61,419 nt of DNA from Planctomycetota bacterium. Lineage in GTDB: Bacteria; Planctomycetota; B15-G4; JADJEK01. Location: positions 1 to 61,419 of the forward strand of contig JBGAIQ010000029.1 in NCBI GenBank assembly GCA_044225365.1, given 5' to 3'. Position numbers and translations under genes: made by a program. This document shows positions 27,291 to 36,016 of this stretch, one piece after another. The notes beneath the pieces are model-generated. The model ran no database searches. It was not told the origin of the DNA and worked only from the letters and a program-made list of their open reading frames with translations. Every line of letters begins with the position of its first letter. The first letter of the stretch is position 1.

Positions 27291-28642
27291 AGGGCATGTG
27301 CGGAGGCTGCACCGCGGGCGACTACGACAACGACGGCTTCCTCGACTTCTTCGTCACGTATTGGCAAGGCACGAACAACACCGATCTGTGGCGCCTGTGG
27401 AAGAGCCAGCCGAACCCGGTCGCGGGCACTCCGACGGATCCGAACTGGTCGCCTCGCATCTTCGTCGACGACACGAAGAACGCCGGTCTCGATCTCGACA
27501 CCAACCCGGGCGAGCCCTGGCAGCCGACTCTTGTCGACATCGATCGCGATGGCTGGCTCGACCTGCACGTGTCCGTCGACTTCGGCATGGACTACTTGTT
27601 CATGAACGATGGGACCGGCAAGTTCCTGCCCGACAACTCGACCGCGGTCGGCCTCAACGGCACGCCGCCGACGCCGGGCAACGACATGGGCGCCGCCTTC
27701 GGCGACATGGACAACGACGGCGATCTCGACATCCACACGACGCGAAAGCCGTACGACGATCATCTCTACCGCAACGACTCGACGCCGGCCGGGCTCGTGT
27801 TCAACGACGTCGCCGTCGCGACGGGAACGTTCAATTCCGCGTGGGGCTGGGGCGACATCTTCTTCGACGTGGACAACGACGGCGACCTCGATCACAGCAC
27901 GGTCTCGGGGTTCAAGCTCCCGACTTCGACGCCGTACTGGAGCACGCTCCACATCAATCTCTTCCCTCAGAAGCTGTCCGACAACATCACCGTCGCATTC
28001 AACGACGTGTCGACGCTGGTGCCGGAGTTCAGTGGCACGAACGACCCGCAGGGCTTCGTGAATCGCGGGCTCGTCGCGCTCGACTTCGACAACGATGGCG
28101 ATCTCGACGCGATCCAGACCCGTCAGGGCCAGGCCCATGGCGTCTACAAGAACACGCTGTCGAACAACAACCGCTGGGTGCAGTTCGACCTGACCCGGAT
28201 CGACGGGTCGCTGAACGTCGAGAACAGCCGACTCTGGATCCGCTCGCCGGGCCTCACGCAGTATCGCGAGATCCTCACCGGGACGAGCTTCCTCACCCAG
28301 GAGCCGTCGCGCCAGCACTTCGGTCTCGCGAAGGCCAAGATCGGTGATCTGAAATGGGCCGTCGTCCGTTGGCCGACCGGGCAATACCAGATCGTGGCGA
28401 ATGCCCACATCAATGAGATCAACGCGGTGAAACAGGTCTCCCTCGACGACGCCGGAGACCTCGACGGCGATCGCCATCTGACGCCGCTCGATCTCTCGCT
28501 CCTGAAGACCGCGGTCTACCAGCCCGCCCAGTACGAACAGTTCTTCGGCGACCTACCGGGCCGCGTCACCGGCGACATCGATGGCGACGGCAAGCTGACC
28601 CGCAAGGACATCCGCCTCTGGTCCTTGCTCCCGCCGCACTGA
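26762..28642 (+). CDS. CRTAC1-family FG-GAP protein with ASPIC/UnbV domain and dockerin-like EF-hand tail
   Basis: GDYDNDG repeats, WGWG..FFDVDNDGDLD, QYREI..GTSFLTQ...HFGL...VRWPTG. C-terminal GDLDGD..LTPLD and GDIDGDGKLT..D. Confidence 0.88.
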   Translation: MKGLVSITLIAMLGTSPLFAQTLPFDLKDVSIATNPDFCGISATYNSLFGLYTECGGVAVGDYDNDGKLDVYLPNNRQFPKKLYHNLGGGHFQDVAASLGVTDSAFAAATGMFIDYDNDGDRDLISIAHAGWAGQTYSPNLVRVFRNRGAANNYTFANLTSQCGLVLDSTTSKQTTKGMCGGCTAGDYDNDGFLDFFVTYWQGTNNTDLWRLWKSQPNPVAGTPTDPNWSPRIFVDDTKNAGLDLDTNPGEPWQPTLVDIDRDGWLDLHVSVDFGMDYLFMNDGTGKFLPDNSTAVGLNGTPPTPGNDMGAAFGDMDNDGDLDIHTTRKPYDDHLYRNDSTPAGLVFNDVAVATGTFNSAWGWGDIFFDVDNDGDLDHSTVSGFKLPTSTPYWSTLHINLFPQKLSDNITVAFNDVSTLVPEFSGTNDPQGFVNRGLVALDFDNDGDLDAIQTRQGQAHGVYKNTLSNNNRWVQFDLTRIDGSLNVENSRLWIRSPGLTQYREILTGTSFLTQEPSRQHFGLAKAKIGDLKWAVVRWPTGQYQIVANAHINEINAVKQVSLDDAGDLDGDRHLTPLDLSLLKTAVYQPAQYEQFFGDLPGRVTGDIDGDGKLTRKDIRLWSLLPPH

Positions 28643-28668
28643 GCGGCCGGACCGCCACGGAATGGGTT

Positions 28669-28873
28669 GGACCGCCACGCTCCAGCGTGGCTCTTCTTCC
28701 ACGTCCCTTGGTCCGGGGCGTGTTGGAAGCCGGAGGAAGAAAAGATGCCGCGCTGGAGCGCGGCGGTCCCAAGAACGCCCTCCTGGACCGCCACGCTCCA
28801 GCGTGGCTCTTCTCCCACGGGGCGGATTGAAAGACGGAGGAAGAAAAGATGCCGCGCTGGAGCGCGGCGGTCC
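28669..28873. repeat. REP/REPIN-like cluster: two inverted doublets of a 23-bp hairpin
   Basis: GGACCGCCACGCTCCAGCGTGGC at 28669 and 28785; inverted variant GCCGCGCTGGAGCGCGGCGGTCC at 28747 and 28851. Lies between convergent genes. Confidence 0.85.
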
Positions 28874-28876
28874 GAT

Positions 28877-29773
28877 TCAGCTCCTGCGGTCGCGCACGTA
28901 CAGCGCGAGCGCCTTCAGCCATTTCCCGCGTTCGCCGAAGAGCGCGAGGCTCGAAGTCGCGGTGGCGATGAGTTCGTCGAGGAGCTTCTTCGCGGCGTCC
29001 TTGCCCGCAAGGTCGACGAACGTCGTCTTGTGGTGATCCTTCTTCGTGTCCTTGCCGAGCGTCGTGGCGTCGCCGTCGACGTCGAGGAGGTCGTCCTTCA
29101 CCTGGAAGGCGAGTCCGAGATTCTTGCCGAACGCGGCGAGCGCGGCGGCTTCGGCGTCGCTCGCGCGGCAGAGGAGCGCCGCGCCCGAGAGGCAGAGGTC
29201 GAAGAGCCTTCCGGTCTTTCGCCGATGGATGAATTCGATCATGCGGAGGTCGGCGGACGGCCCCATCTTCGACAGGTCGGCCCATTGGCCCGCGGCCATG
29301 CCGTCGAATCCCACCGTCTCGCCGAGCATCTCGAGCAGCTTCACGCGCTCGTTCTTGTCGAGGCGCGACGTCGCGAGGCCGCGGGCGACGACGGCCGTCG
29401 AACTCATGAGCAGCGCGACCGCGGCGAGGATCGCGAGCGCTTGCCCGTGCTTCACGTGCAGCGCGGGCTGACCGCGGCGCAGCTTCGCGTCGTCCATCGC
29501 GGGCAGATCGTCGAGCGCGAGCGAGGCCGAATGGATGAACTCGACGGCGACGGCGAGCGACTCCACTTCCGCATGAGGGCGCTTCAGCAGATCCGCGACG
29601 GCGAGTACGAGGATCGGTCGCACGCGCTTGCCCGACGACAGCAGCGCGTCCGAGAGCGCCGCATGGAAATCGGGGACCGCACTCGTTCGACCTGCAGCAT
29701 CGACGAGACATCGCGCGAGGATCGCGTCGACCTCGCTCTTGCGCTCGACGAGATACGCTTCGAGATCGTTCAC
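28877..29773 (-). CDS. Polyprenyl synthetase (IspA/CrtE-like FPP/GGPP synthase)
   Basis: GKRVRP, IHSASLALDDLPAMDDAKLRRG, GQWADL, KTG, AFQVKDDLLD. GTG start at 29773 overlaps the upstream stop (GTGA). Confidence 0.93.
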   Translation of the reverse strand: MNDLEAYLVERKSEVDAILARCLVDAAGRTSAVPDFHAALSDALLSSGKRVRPILVLAVADLLKRPHAEVESLAVAVEFIHSASLALDDLPAMDDAKLRRGQPALHVKHGQALAILAAVALLMSSTAVVARGLATSRLDKNERVKLLEMLGETVGFDGMAAGQWADLSKMGPSADLRMIEFIHRRKTGRLFDLCLSGAALLCRASDAEAAALAAFGKNLGLAFQVKDDLLDVDGDATTLGKDTKKDHHKTTFVDLAGKDAAKKLLDELIATATSSLALFGERGKWLKALALYVRDRRS

Positions 29774-32277
29774 TTGAGGTCGATCGGCGTGCCGTCCCAT
29801 TCCTTCGGCTGCGTCACTCCGTAGATCTTCAGCACCGTCGGCGCGATGTTGAGCAGCGACGGTTCGAAGCCCGCGGGCAGCTTTCGATTGCTGAAGTAGA
29901 TGCCCTTCACGAGCGACGGGTCGACGCCGCAATGGTCGCCGGTCCACGGCTGCGGGTTCGGCGCGATGCCCCACGTGTCGCGCGTCGCGACTTCGAATCC
30001 ACCGAGCGACGTCTGCCACGAGACGCGGTAGCCGCTGTTGAAGCCCAGGATGATGTCGCCCGGCTCCGCCGCGTAGGGACCCGAGTAGATCTCGAGTCCG
30101 TTGTACGCGCGAAGGACCGGATGCTCGTCCTGGAATCCCGGGCGTGGATCCTTGAACGCCTCGAGCTTGGCGATGATCTCGGCCTTCAGTGCTTCGACCT
30201 CGCCCGGCTCGACGATTCCATTCGGTTCTCGGCCCTTGATGTTGAGGTAGATCTTGCCGAGCCCGAGCGAGTACGCCTTGGTCTTCGTCCAGTCGGGATA
30301 GTCGATCGAGAGCTGACCACCGAGCAGACCACCGACCGACTGGTTCTTGATCGCGTCCAACGCGCCCTCGTTGAGGACGAGATATCCCGCCCTCTCCAGC
30401 CAGTTGTTGAGATTGACGCCCCAACGGAACGAATCGAATCCGTGGTCGGAGATCACGAAGAGCGAAGCGCCCGGACCGAACTTGCCTGCCTCGATGCGAT
30501 CGAGCACCGAGCCGATGATCCGATCCATCTCCTTGTAGGTCTCCTTGATCGCGTCCTGGAGCTTGATCTTGCGGCCGAAGGCTTCGAACTCCATCTCGCG
30601 GACGAGCTTCCCGTCCTTCGTCTTCAAGTCGTACATCGGGTGCTTCGGATCGAGGAAGCGATAGAACATGTGGCCCGCGCGGTCGGTGACCGACTCGACG
30701 TGGAACAGCACGTCCCAGTCGTTCTTCGCCAGCTCGTGCTCGAGCTGCTTCGTGCGCCAGGTCAGCGTCTTGGTGAGACCCGAGAGGAAGCACTTCTCGT
30801 CGATCTCCTCGTCCTTCAACGCGTTCGTCCAGCACGCCCAGCCGATCGTGTCGAAGAGGCCGACGTCCTGCTCGATCTCGGCGACGAACTCGCGCGGCGA
30901 CGAGATGGGAAGCACCGGCGGCTGGACCTCGGGCGAGATCGAGATCGGCGGCATGAACAGCTTCAGCTTCTTGTTCTCGTCCTGGTCGACGTGGCACTCG
31001 CTCACGTAGACGTAGGGAATCGCGTCGATCCCGAGGAGGCGCGAGAGTTCGAACTTCACGCGATAGCATTCCGACCAATCACCCTCGGCGACCGTCTGCG
31101 ACTTGCCATCGATCGTGATCGTCGCTTCGCGTTTCTTGAAGTCGGGTTTGATCCAGAGGTCGACCTTCGACCTGCGTTCGTTGTTGCTCCAGTCCTCGTA
31201 CTTCGAGCGAACCTCTTCGCGCTGCTCCTTCAATTGGTCGCGACGCTCGTCGGAGATACCGGGCTCCTTCATCTCCTTCTCGATCGTCTCGAGGATCCGA
31301 TCGAACCCGTCTTTCTTGATGAAGTTCTCGGGACCGTCGATCTTCGTCCGATAGACGCCGTCCTTGTCCTCCCAGATCTTGAAGCGCGTGCCGCCGGTCT
31401 CCGTCGGCTCGGGGCGACTCTGCGCCCATTCGTCGTTCGTGTAGATCGACCACGCGCCGGGGCCGCCCTGGACGTCGGGTGTGAAGAGACCCGAGAGCAG
31501 ACGCGCGCCCTCCTCGGTGCTCGCGGGGAACGCGGCGGGAACCTGGAGACCCGTGAACTTGACTCCCGACTTCGCGAGGACGTCCCAGAAGCGTTCCCCT
31601 TGCATTTCGGGGACGGGCACCGGGAAGCGCGGCGGGATCTGACTCACGGCGCTGCGCAGCGCGAGCGCTCCGATCGCGGCGACGAGCAGCGCGATGACGG
31701 CGGCTCTCCCGCCCTTCACCCGCAGGACGAAGCAGAAGATCAGGAAGAAGAGGACGAAGACCGCGCCCGCGACGAGGGCGATCGCCTTCGGGCGATTCTT
31801 CTCCGTCGCGACCCACATCATCAGTTTCTCGGCGCGCTTCAGCGGGACGTACTTCTCGACGTCGGCGGCGTCGACCATCTTCTTGTACACGCCCGCGAGG
31901 CGCGGGCCGGGATTGCCGCTCGACGTCTGGACCGACTTGCGCACGAAGTCGGGGATGTTCGTCTTGCCGGGATTCGACGCGGTCTCCATCACGGCCCACG
32001 AGACGGGGGATTGCGCCGGGTTCGCGGTTCCGAGCGGTGAGAAGGCGCCCATTTCGGCGAGCCGCTTCATGTTCGGCAGGAAGCCCTCGTCCATCCACTG
32101 CTTCGTGAGGCGGCCCGAGGCGCCATCGAAGCCGAGGACGATGGTCTTCGGCTTGCCGGATGCTGGATCTCCCTGTGCGGGCTGCGGCCAGAACGCGGCG
32201 ACCGCGATCAGGAGCCAGCAAGCCGTCATGCTACGAAGGAACGTCGAACCGGTACGGGGCAGTGACTTACGAGCCAT
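29770..32277 (-). CDS. Secreted/membrane alkaline-phosphatase-superfamily (type I phosphodiesterase/nucleotide pyrophosphatase) protein
   Basis: ATG 32277 and signal peptide. LGFDGAS, PAQSPVSW..TASNPGK, TDRAGHMF, ISDHGF, GDHC motifs. Internal two-TM hairpin. Confidence 0.88.
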   Translation of the reverse strand: MARKSLPRTGSTFLRSMTACWLLIAVAAFWPQPAQGDPASGKPKTIVLGFDGASGRLTKQWMDEGFLPNMKRLAEMGAFSPLGTANPAQSPVSWAVMETASNPGKTNIPDFVRKSVQTSSGNPGPRLAGVYKKMVDAADVEKYVPLKRAEKLMMWVATEKNRPKAIALVAGAVFVLFFLIFCFVLRVKGGRAAVIALLVAAIGALALRSAVSQIPPRFPVPVPEMQGERFWDVLAKSGVKFTGLQVPAAFPASTEEGARLLSGLFTPDVQGGPGAWSIYTNDEWAQSRPEPTETGGTRFKIWEDKDGVYRTKIDGPENFIKKDGFDRILETIEKEMKEPGISDERRDQLKEQREEVRSKYEDWSNNERRSKVDLWIKPDFKKREATITIDGKSQTVAEGDWSECYRVKFELSRLLGIDAIPYVYVSECHVDQDENKKLKLFMPPISISPEVQPPVLPISSPREFVAEIEQDVGLFDTIGWACWTNALKDEEIDEKCFLSGLTKTLTWRTKQLEHELAKNDWDVLFHVESVTDRAGHMFYRFLDPKHPMYDLKTKDGKLVREMEFEAFGRKIKLQDAIKETYKEMDRIIGSVLDRIEAGKFGPGASLFVISDHGFDSFRWGVNLNNWLERAGYLVLNEGALDAIKNQSVGGLLGGQLSIDYPDWTKTKAYSLGLGKIYLNIKGREPNGIVEPGEVEALKAEIIAKLEAFKDPRPGFQDEHPVLRAYNGLEIYSGPYAAEPGDIILGFNSGYRVSWQTSLGGFEVATRDTWGIAPNPQPWTGDHCGVDPSLVKGIYFSNRKLPAGFEPSLLNIAPTVLKIYGVTQPKEWDGTPIDLK

Positions 32278-32580
32278 CGTGGTATCGGACTCCGGCCGCT
32301 GGATGCGTGGATCCAGGAATTCTGGGGGCGGGTTTCGGGCGCGCCCGCACGCGCGCCGTGCGCGATCGCGCGGGAGGATCGATGCGTTGCGGTTCCCGGC
32401 TCTACGGGATAATTTGAGTCCCGAAGCATACTTCGCGCGAAGCAGCGTGCCAACGAAGGATCCTCGGGTGTGCGATCGGTTCGTTCCGTGGTGCGCCTTG
32501 CGTGCCGATTTGCGAGATGACGAGGGCGGGCGGACAGCCGTCCGCCCCGACGAATTCTGAGTCCGCCCCTGCGAGTTCTC

Positions 32581-33765
32581 ATGAACGTACGAACCAAGCT
32601 CGCCCTCTTCGGCATCGCGGCCCTCGCGGTCATCGCGGCGGTCGTGCTCGCCCTGCGTCGCGACGAGACATCGCCTCCGTCCCAGGCCGAACCCCCGCGG
32701 GTCGTCGCGACCGCGCCGCCCGCGCCCGATGCGGTCGCTCCGCCGAATCGCGAGGAGACGGTCGCCGCTCCGCCCCGCCTCGTGCGCAAGGAACAGCAGT
32801 ACGTGGCCACGCCGACCAACCCGGACGAGACGCTCTGGGGCCACGTGACGGATGCGATCAGCAAGCAACCGATCGACTTCTTCCACACCTATCTGATGTC
32901 CGTCGAGGCCGGCGACATCGTCGAACTCGCGAGCAAGCCGGAGAATCGACGGATCTTCGGCAACGACCGCGGCGCGTTCACCTATCGCGAGCTCGCGAAG
33001 GGAAAGTACAACCTGCTGGTGCGCCGCGACGGCTTCCGCGACGCGATCGTCCGCGACATCGAAGTCCCGAACAAGCACGGCCTCTACGAGATCGCATTGC
33101 AGCGCGGCGCCTACATCGACGTCACGGTGATCGATGGTCTCGAGGGCGAGGGAGAGGGCGGGGTCGAAGTCCAGATCCAGGCTGTGTCGCTCGACGATCC
33201 GAAGGCACCGCGGCCCACGGTGCAGATGCAGCAGACCGACGACTTCGGCAAGACGGTCTTCACCGGCATCCCGCCCGGAACCTGGTCGGTATTCCTCACG
33301 AACAAGGCGCTCAGCTCGCAGGGGCCGCAGCAGATCTACGTCGGTCCCGAAGTCGGCGTGCCCGTGCAGTTCATCGTGCAGCCGCTCAACACATTGAACG
33401 TGACGGTGAAGGACCCGAAGGGCGAGACCCTGAACGCGGTCCACGTCCGGATGTGGGTGAAGGAAGCGCACGGCGGCTCGCCCGGCACCTGGCACGACGA
33501 GACCGACAACGAAGGCGAGGCCGTGCTCACCCACGTGCCCGCCGGCACCTACGTGGTGAAGATCTGGAAGAATGGGTTCTTCCGCCAGGACAAGGACGTC
33601 ACGATCACCGCGCCCGAAGGGGAGACCGCGATCGAATTCGTGATGGATCCCGATCCGCTCGCCGACAAAGGCGGGAGCGAGGCCAACCCGACGCTCGAAC
33701 AGATCCAGAAACTGAAGACCCCGGGTGTGCGACCCGCCGACGTCTTCACCAAGAAGAAGGGTTGA
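32581..33765 (+). CDS. Carboxypeptidase-regulatory-like (Ig/prealbumin-fold) repeat protein, N-terminally anchored
   Basis: N-terminal TM. G.VTDA...PI, TDDFG..FTGIPPGTW, TDNEG..L.HVPAGTY repeats. Confidence 0.75.
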   Translation: MNVRTKLALFGIAALAVIAAVVLALRRDETSPPSQAEPPRVVATAPPAPDAVAPPNREETVAAPPRLVRKEQQYVATPTNPDETLWGHVTDAISKQPIDFFHTYLMSVEAGDIVELASKPENRRIFGNDRGAFTYRELAKGKYNLLVRRDGFRDAIVRDIEVPNKHGLYEIALQRGAYIDVTVIDGLEGEGEGGVEVQIQAVSLDDPKAPRPTVQMQQTDDFGKTVFTGIPPGTWSVFLTNKALSSQGPQQIYVGPEVGVPVQFIVQPLNTLNVTVKDPKGETLNAVHVRMWVKEAHGGSPGTWHDETDNEGEAVLTHVPAGTYVVKIWKNGFFRQDKDVTITAPEGETAIEFVMDPDPLADKGGSEANPTLEQIQKLKTPGVRPADVFTKKKG

Positions 33766-33938
33766 ACGGCGCGCGTGCGCCGTTGACTTTCGCGTCGGCA
33801 GAAGCGATGTTCTCGCGCTTGCTGCGGACGGGCGGCGAAACTTCAACCACAACGGAGTCGAGTTCGAGAGTGCGCGGCCGCGCGCCCTTCCTCGACCGGC
33901 CCTGCGTCCTGCTCGCCGCGCGCATCGGAGGAACGAGG

Positions 33939-34424
33939 ATGTCGGAACCAGCTCCCTTCGACATCGGCAGCGTGGATCTGTCGCGGGTCGTGATCTCGAA
34001 GGACGAGATCTACTCGGTGCTCGCCCATCGCTACGAGTTCATGATGCTCGACGGCATCGTCCACTACTCGCCCCAGGACGGCATCGCGATCGGCTACCAC
34101 GATGCGCGGGAGAACGAGTTCTGGGTGCGCGGCCACATCCCGGGTCGTCCGTTGATGCCCGGTGTGATGATGATCGAGTCCGCGGGTCAGGTCTGCGGTT
34201 ACTACTTCGATCGCAACATGACGCAGGCGGGCAATCGCTTCTTCGGATTCGTGGGCGTCGACGAGGTCCGCTTCCGCGGCACCGTGCTTCCCGGCCAGCG
34301 CATCTATCTCGTGGCGCGCGTCAAGAACATGCGCCCGAACGCGGGGATCTTCCACACGTCCGGATACGTCGACGGCAAGTTGGTCTACGAGGGCATCATC
34401 AAGGGGATGTGCATCCCGGTCTGA
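33939..34424 (+). CDS. fabZ: 3-hydroxyacyl-ACP dehydratase (FabZ/FabA hotdog fold)
   Basis: GGAGG/GAGG RBS then ATG 33939. HRYEFMMLD, EFWVRGHIPGRPLMPGVMMIE, VRFRGTVLPG. Confidence 0.85.
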   Translation: MSEPAPFDIGSVDLSRVVISKDEIYSVLAHRYEFMMLDGIVHYSPQDGIAIGYHDARENEFWVRGHIPGRPLMPGVMMIESAGQVCGYYFDRNMTQAGNRFFGFVGVDEVRFRGTVLPGQRIYLVARVKNMRPNAGIFHTSGYVDGKLVYEGIIKGMCIPV

Positions 34425-34449
34425 GGCCTTCGCTCGCGCGGGAAATGGC

Positions 34450-34564
34450 GGAAGGGACCCCGCCACCGGGCGGAATCCCTTCCAGGACCGACTCCCCCAA
34501 CCCGCTGACTTCGCAAGTTGGTGGGCACCCTACTCACAGAACCGAAAATAGGGTTGGAGGAGCC
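34450..34564 (-). ncRNA. Candidate structured small RNA (two stems)
   Basis: A 14-bp stem (34490-34503/34551-34564) and a 15-bp hairpin (34450-34483). Their mismatches become G-U pairs only on the minus strand. Confidence 0.35.
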
Positions 34565-34812
34565 TTCGATCGTTTTCTTCGTTGCCGCGACCGCCAACGC
34601 AGCGGGCGGGCGAGGAAGGCAGAACAAAGCCCGTGCCGTGACGAGCCGCTCAGGGCGATTCCGAGATATGCCGCATTCCTGAGGCGAGAATCGCCGATTC
34701 GACGCCTTCGAATCGATCTTTGAGTTCCCAGCGCGATCCCTAGGATGGCGCGATTCCCTTTCGGAAAGCGCGCGGTTGTGCGGATTCGGCACGCCGCCCT
34801 GGAAGTCCCTCG

Positions 34813-35607
34813 ATGCATCCGATCGCGTTCGAACCCTTCGGCATCACGATCACTTCGTTCGGCGTGATGCTCGCGCTCGCCTTCATGGGCGGGTGGATCT
34901 ACACGCTGCGGATGGCGCGCAAGACGCAGTGGTACACCGAGGACACGGTCTCCGATCTCCTGTTCTGGCTCATGATCGGCGGAGTGGTCGGCGCGCGCTT
35001 CCTCTACGTCGTCGTGCATTGGTCGGACACCTTTGCGAGTCAGCCGGCGCAGGTGTTCAATTTCCGCGGCGGCGGACTCGTCTCCTATGGCGGATTCGCC
35101 GGGGCATTCCTCGCGGGGTTCTTGTTCACGCGCAAGAACGACATCGACTTCTTCCAGCTCGCGGACATGACCCTGCCGGGAGCTCTCCTTGGCCAATCGA
35201 TCGGCCGCATCGGCTGCTTCCTCGTTGCTGACGACTATGGTCGTCCGGCGCCCGATCTGCCGTGGGCCGTGACGTTCCCGGACGTGAAGGGCTCGATGCT
35301 GCCGAAGGCCCTGCGCGGCGTGCCGCTCCATCCGACGCAGCTCTACCTGCTCCTCAAGGCGTTCTTGTGCTTCCTGATCCTCGCCTACGTGCTGAAGCAC
35401 CGGCAGTTCAAGGGTCAGGTGCTGTGCGTCGCGATGATGTGCTACCCGCTCGGGCGCTCGATCGTGGAGATCTACCGCGGCGACTTCCAGGAGCGCGGGA
35501 TCTACGGCGGGCTCTCGACGGCGCAGTGGATCTCGATCCCGACGTTCCTTCTGGGACTCGTCCTCTACGGCGTGCTCAAGAAGAAGAGCCGTCTCGCGTC
35601 TTCGTGA
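34813..35607 (+). CDS. lgt: Prolipoprotein diacylglyceryl transferase
   Basis: MHPIAF, GARFLYV, GGLVSYGG, GQSIGRIGCF, HPTQLY, R.IVE.YRGD. Confidence 0.95.
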   Translation: MHPIAFEPFGITITSFGVMLALAFMGGWIYTLRMARKTQWYTEDTVSDLLFWLMIGGVVGARFLYVVVHWSDTFASQPAQVFNFRGGGLVSYGGFAGAFLAGFLFTRKNDIDFFQLADMTLPGALLGQSIGRIGCFLVADDYGRPAPDLPWAVTFPDVKGSMLPKALRGVPLHPTQLYLLLKAFLCFLILAYVLKHRQFKGQVLCVAMMCYPLGRSIVEIYRGDFQERGIYGGLSTAQWISIPTFLLGLVLYGVLKKKSRLASS

Positions 35608-35989
35608 TGCGGTCGACGGCGCGGCGCAGCGTCGCGAACAATTCCACGGTGTCGAGCGGCGTGCCGAGCAGCGCGAAGAGATTGATCTCGGAACGCTCCA
35701 TTCGCTTGCCCTCGAGGGCCGAGGCGGGCGTGAGGCCGATCAGCATCGAATCGGGGGCGAGCGAGCGGATCTCGTCGACCAATTGCTTGCTCTCCTTCGA
35801 TGCCGATTTCAACGGGACGAAGGCGACGTCATACTTGCGACGGCGTAGCTGTTCACGACCGCGTTCGAGCGAGAGGGCGTCGATCTCGACTCCCGCGAAA
35901 CCTCGCGCCGCCTCCGCGATGAGATCGGAGAGCGCGCCGTCGTCGACGGCGATCAGGCAGCGCAATGCGAGCAGGCTCGGATTCGGCAT
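35576..35989 (-). CDS. Stand-alone receiver-like (pseudo-receiver) protein
   Basis: AGGAGA RBS then ATG 35989. LIAVDD, YDVAFV, LIGLT, TPLDTVELFATLRRA match the CheY fold, but the phospho-Asp and conserved Lys are missing. Confidence 0.6.
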   Translation of the reverse strand: MPNPSLLALRCLIAVDDGALSDLIAEAARGFAGVEIDALSLERGREQLRRRKYDVAFVPLKSASKESKQLVDEIRSLAPDSMLIGLTPASALEGKRMERSEINLFALLGTPLDTVELFATLRRAVDRITKTRDGSSS

Positions 35990-36016
35990 ATCTCCTGGTT
36001 TCGATTCGAAGGCGTC

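Noticed and set aside
28649-28873. Possible CRISPR array
   Set aside because: Repeats alternate in orientation, the spacers are related to each other, there are only four units and no cas genes. It fits REP doublets.
28877-33852. Apparent large fusions (733-aa and 1360-aa ORFs; also 17638-20304 and 32502-34424)
   Set aside because: These are spurious upstream extensions. Real starts are 29773, 32277, 18267 and 33939, supported by stop/start overlap, RBS, signal peptide or where family motifs begin.
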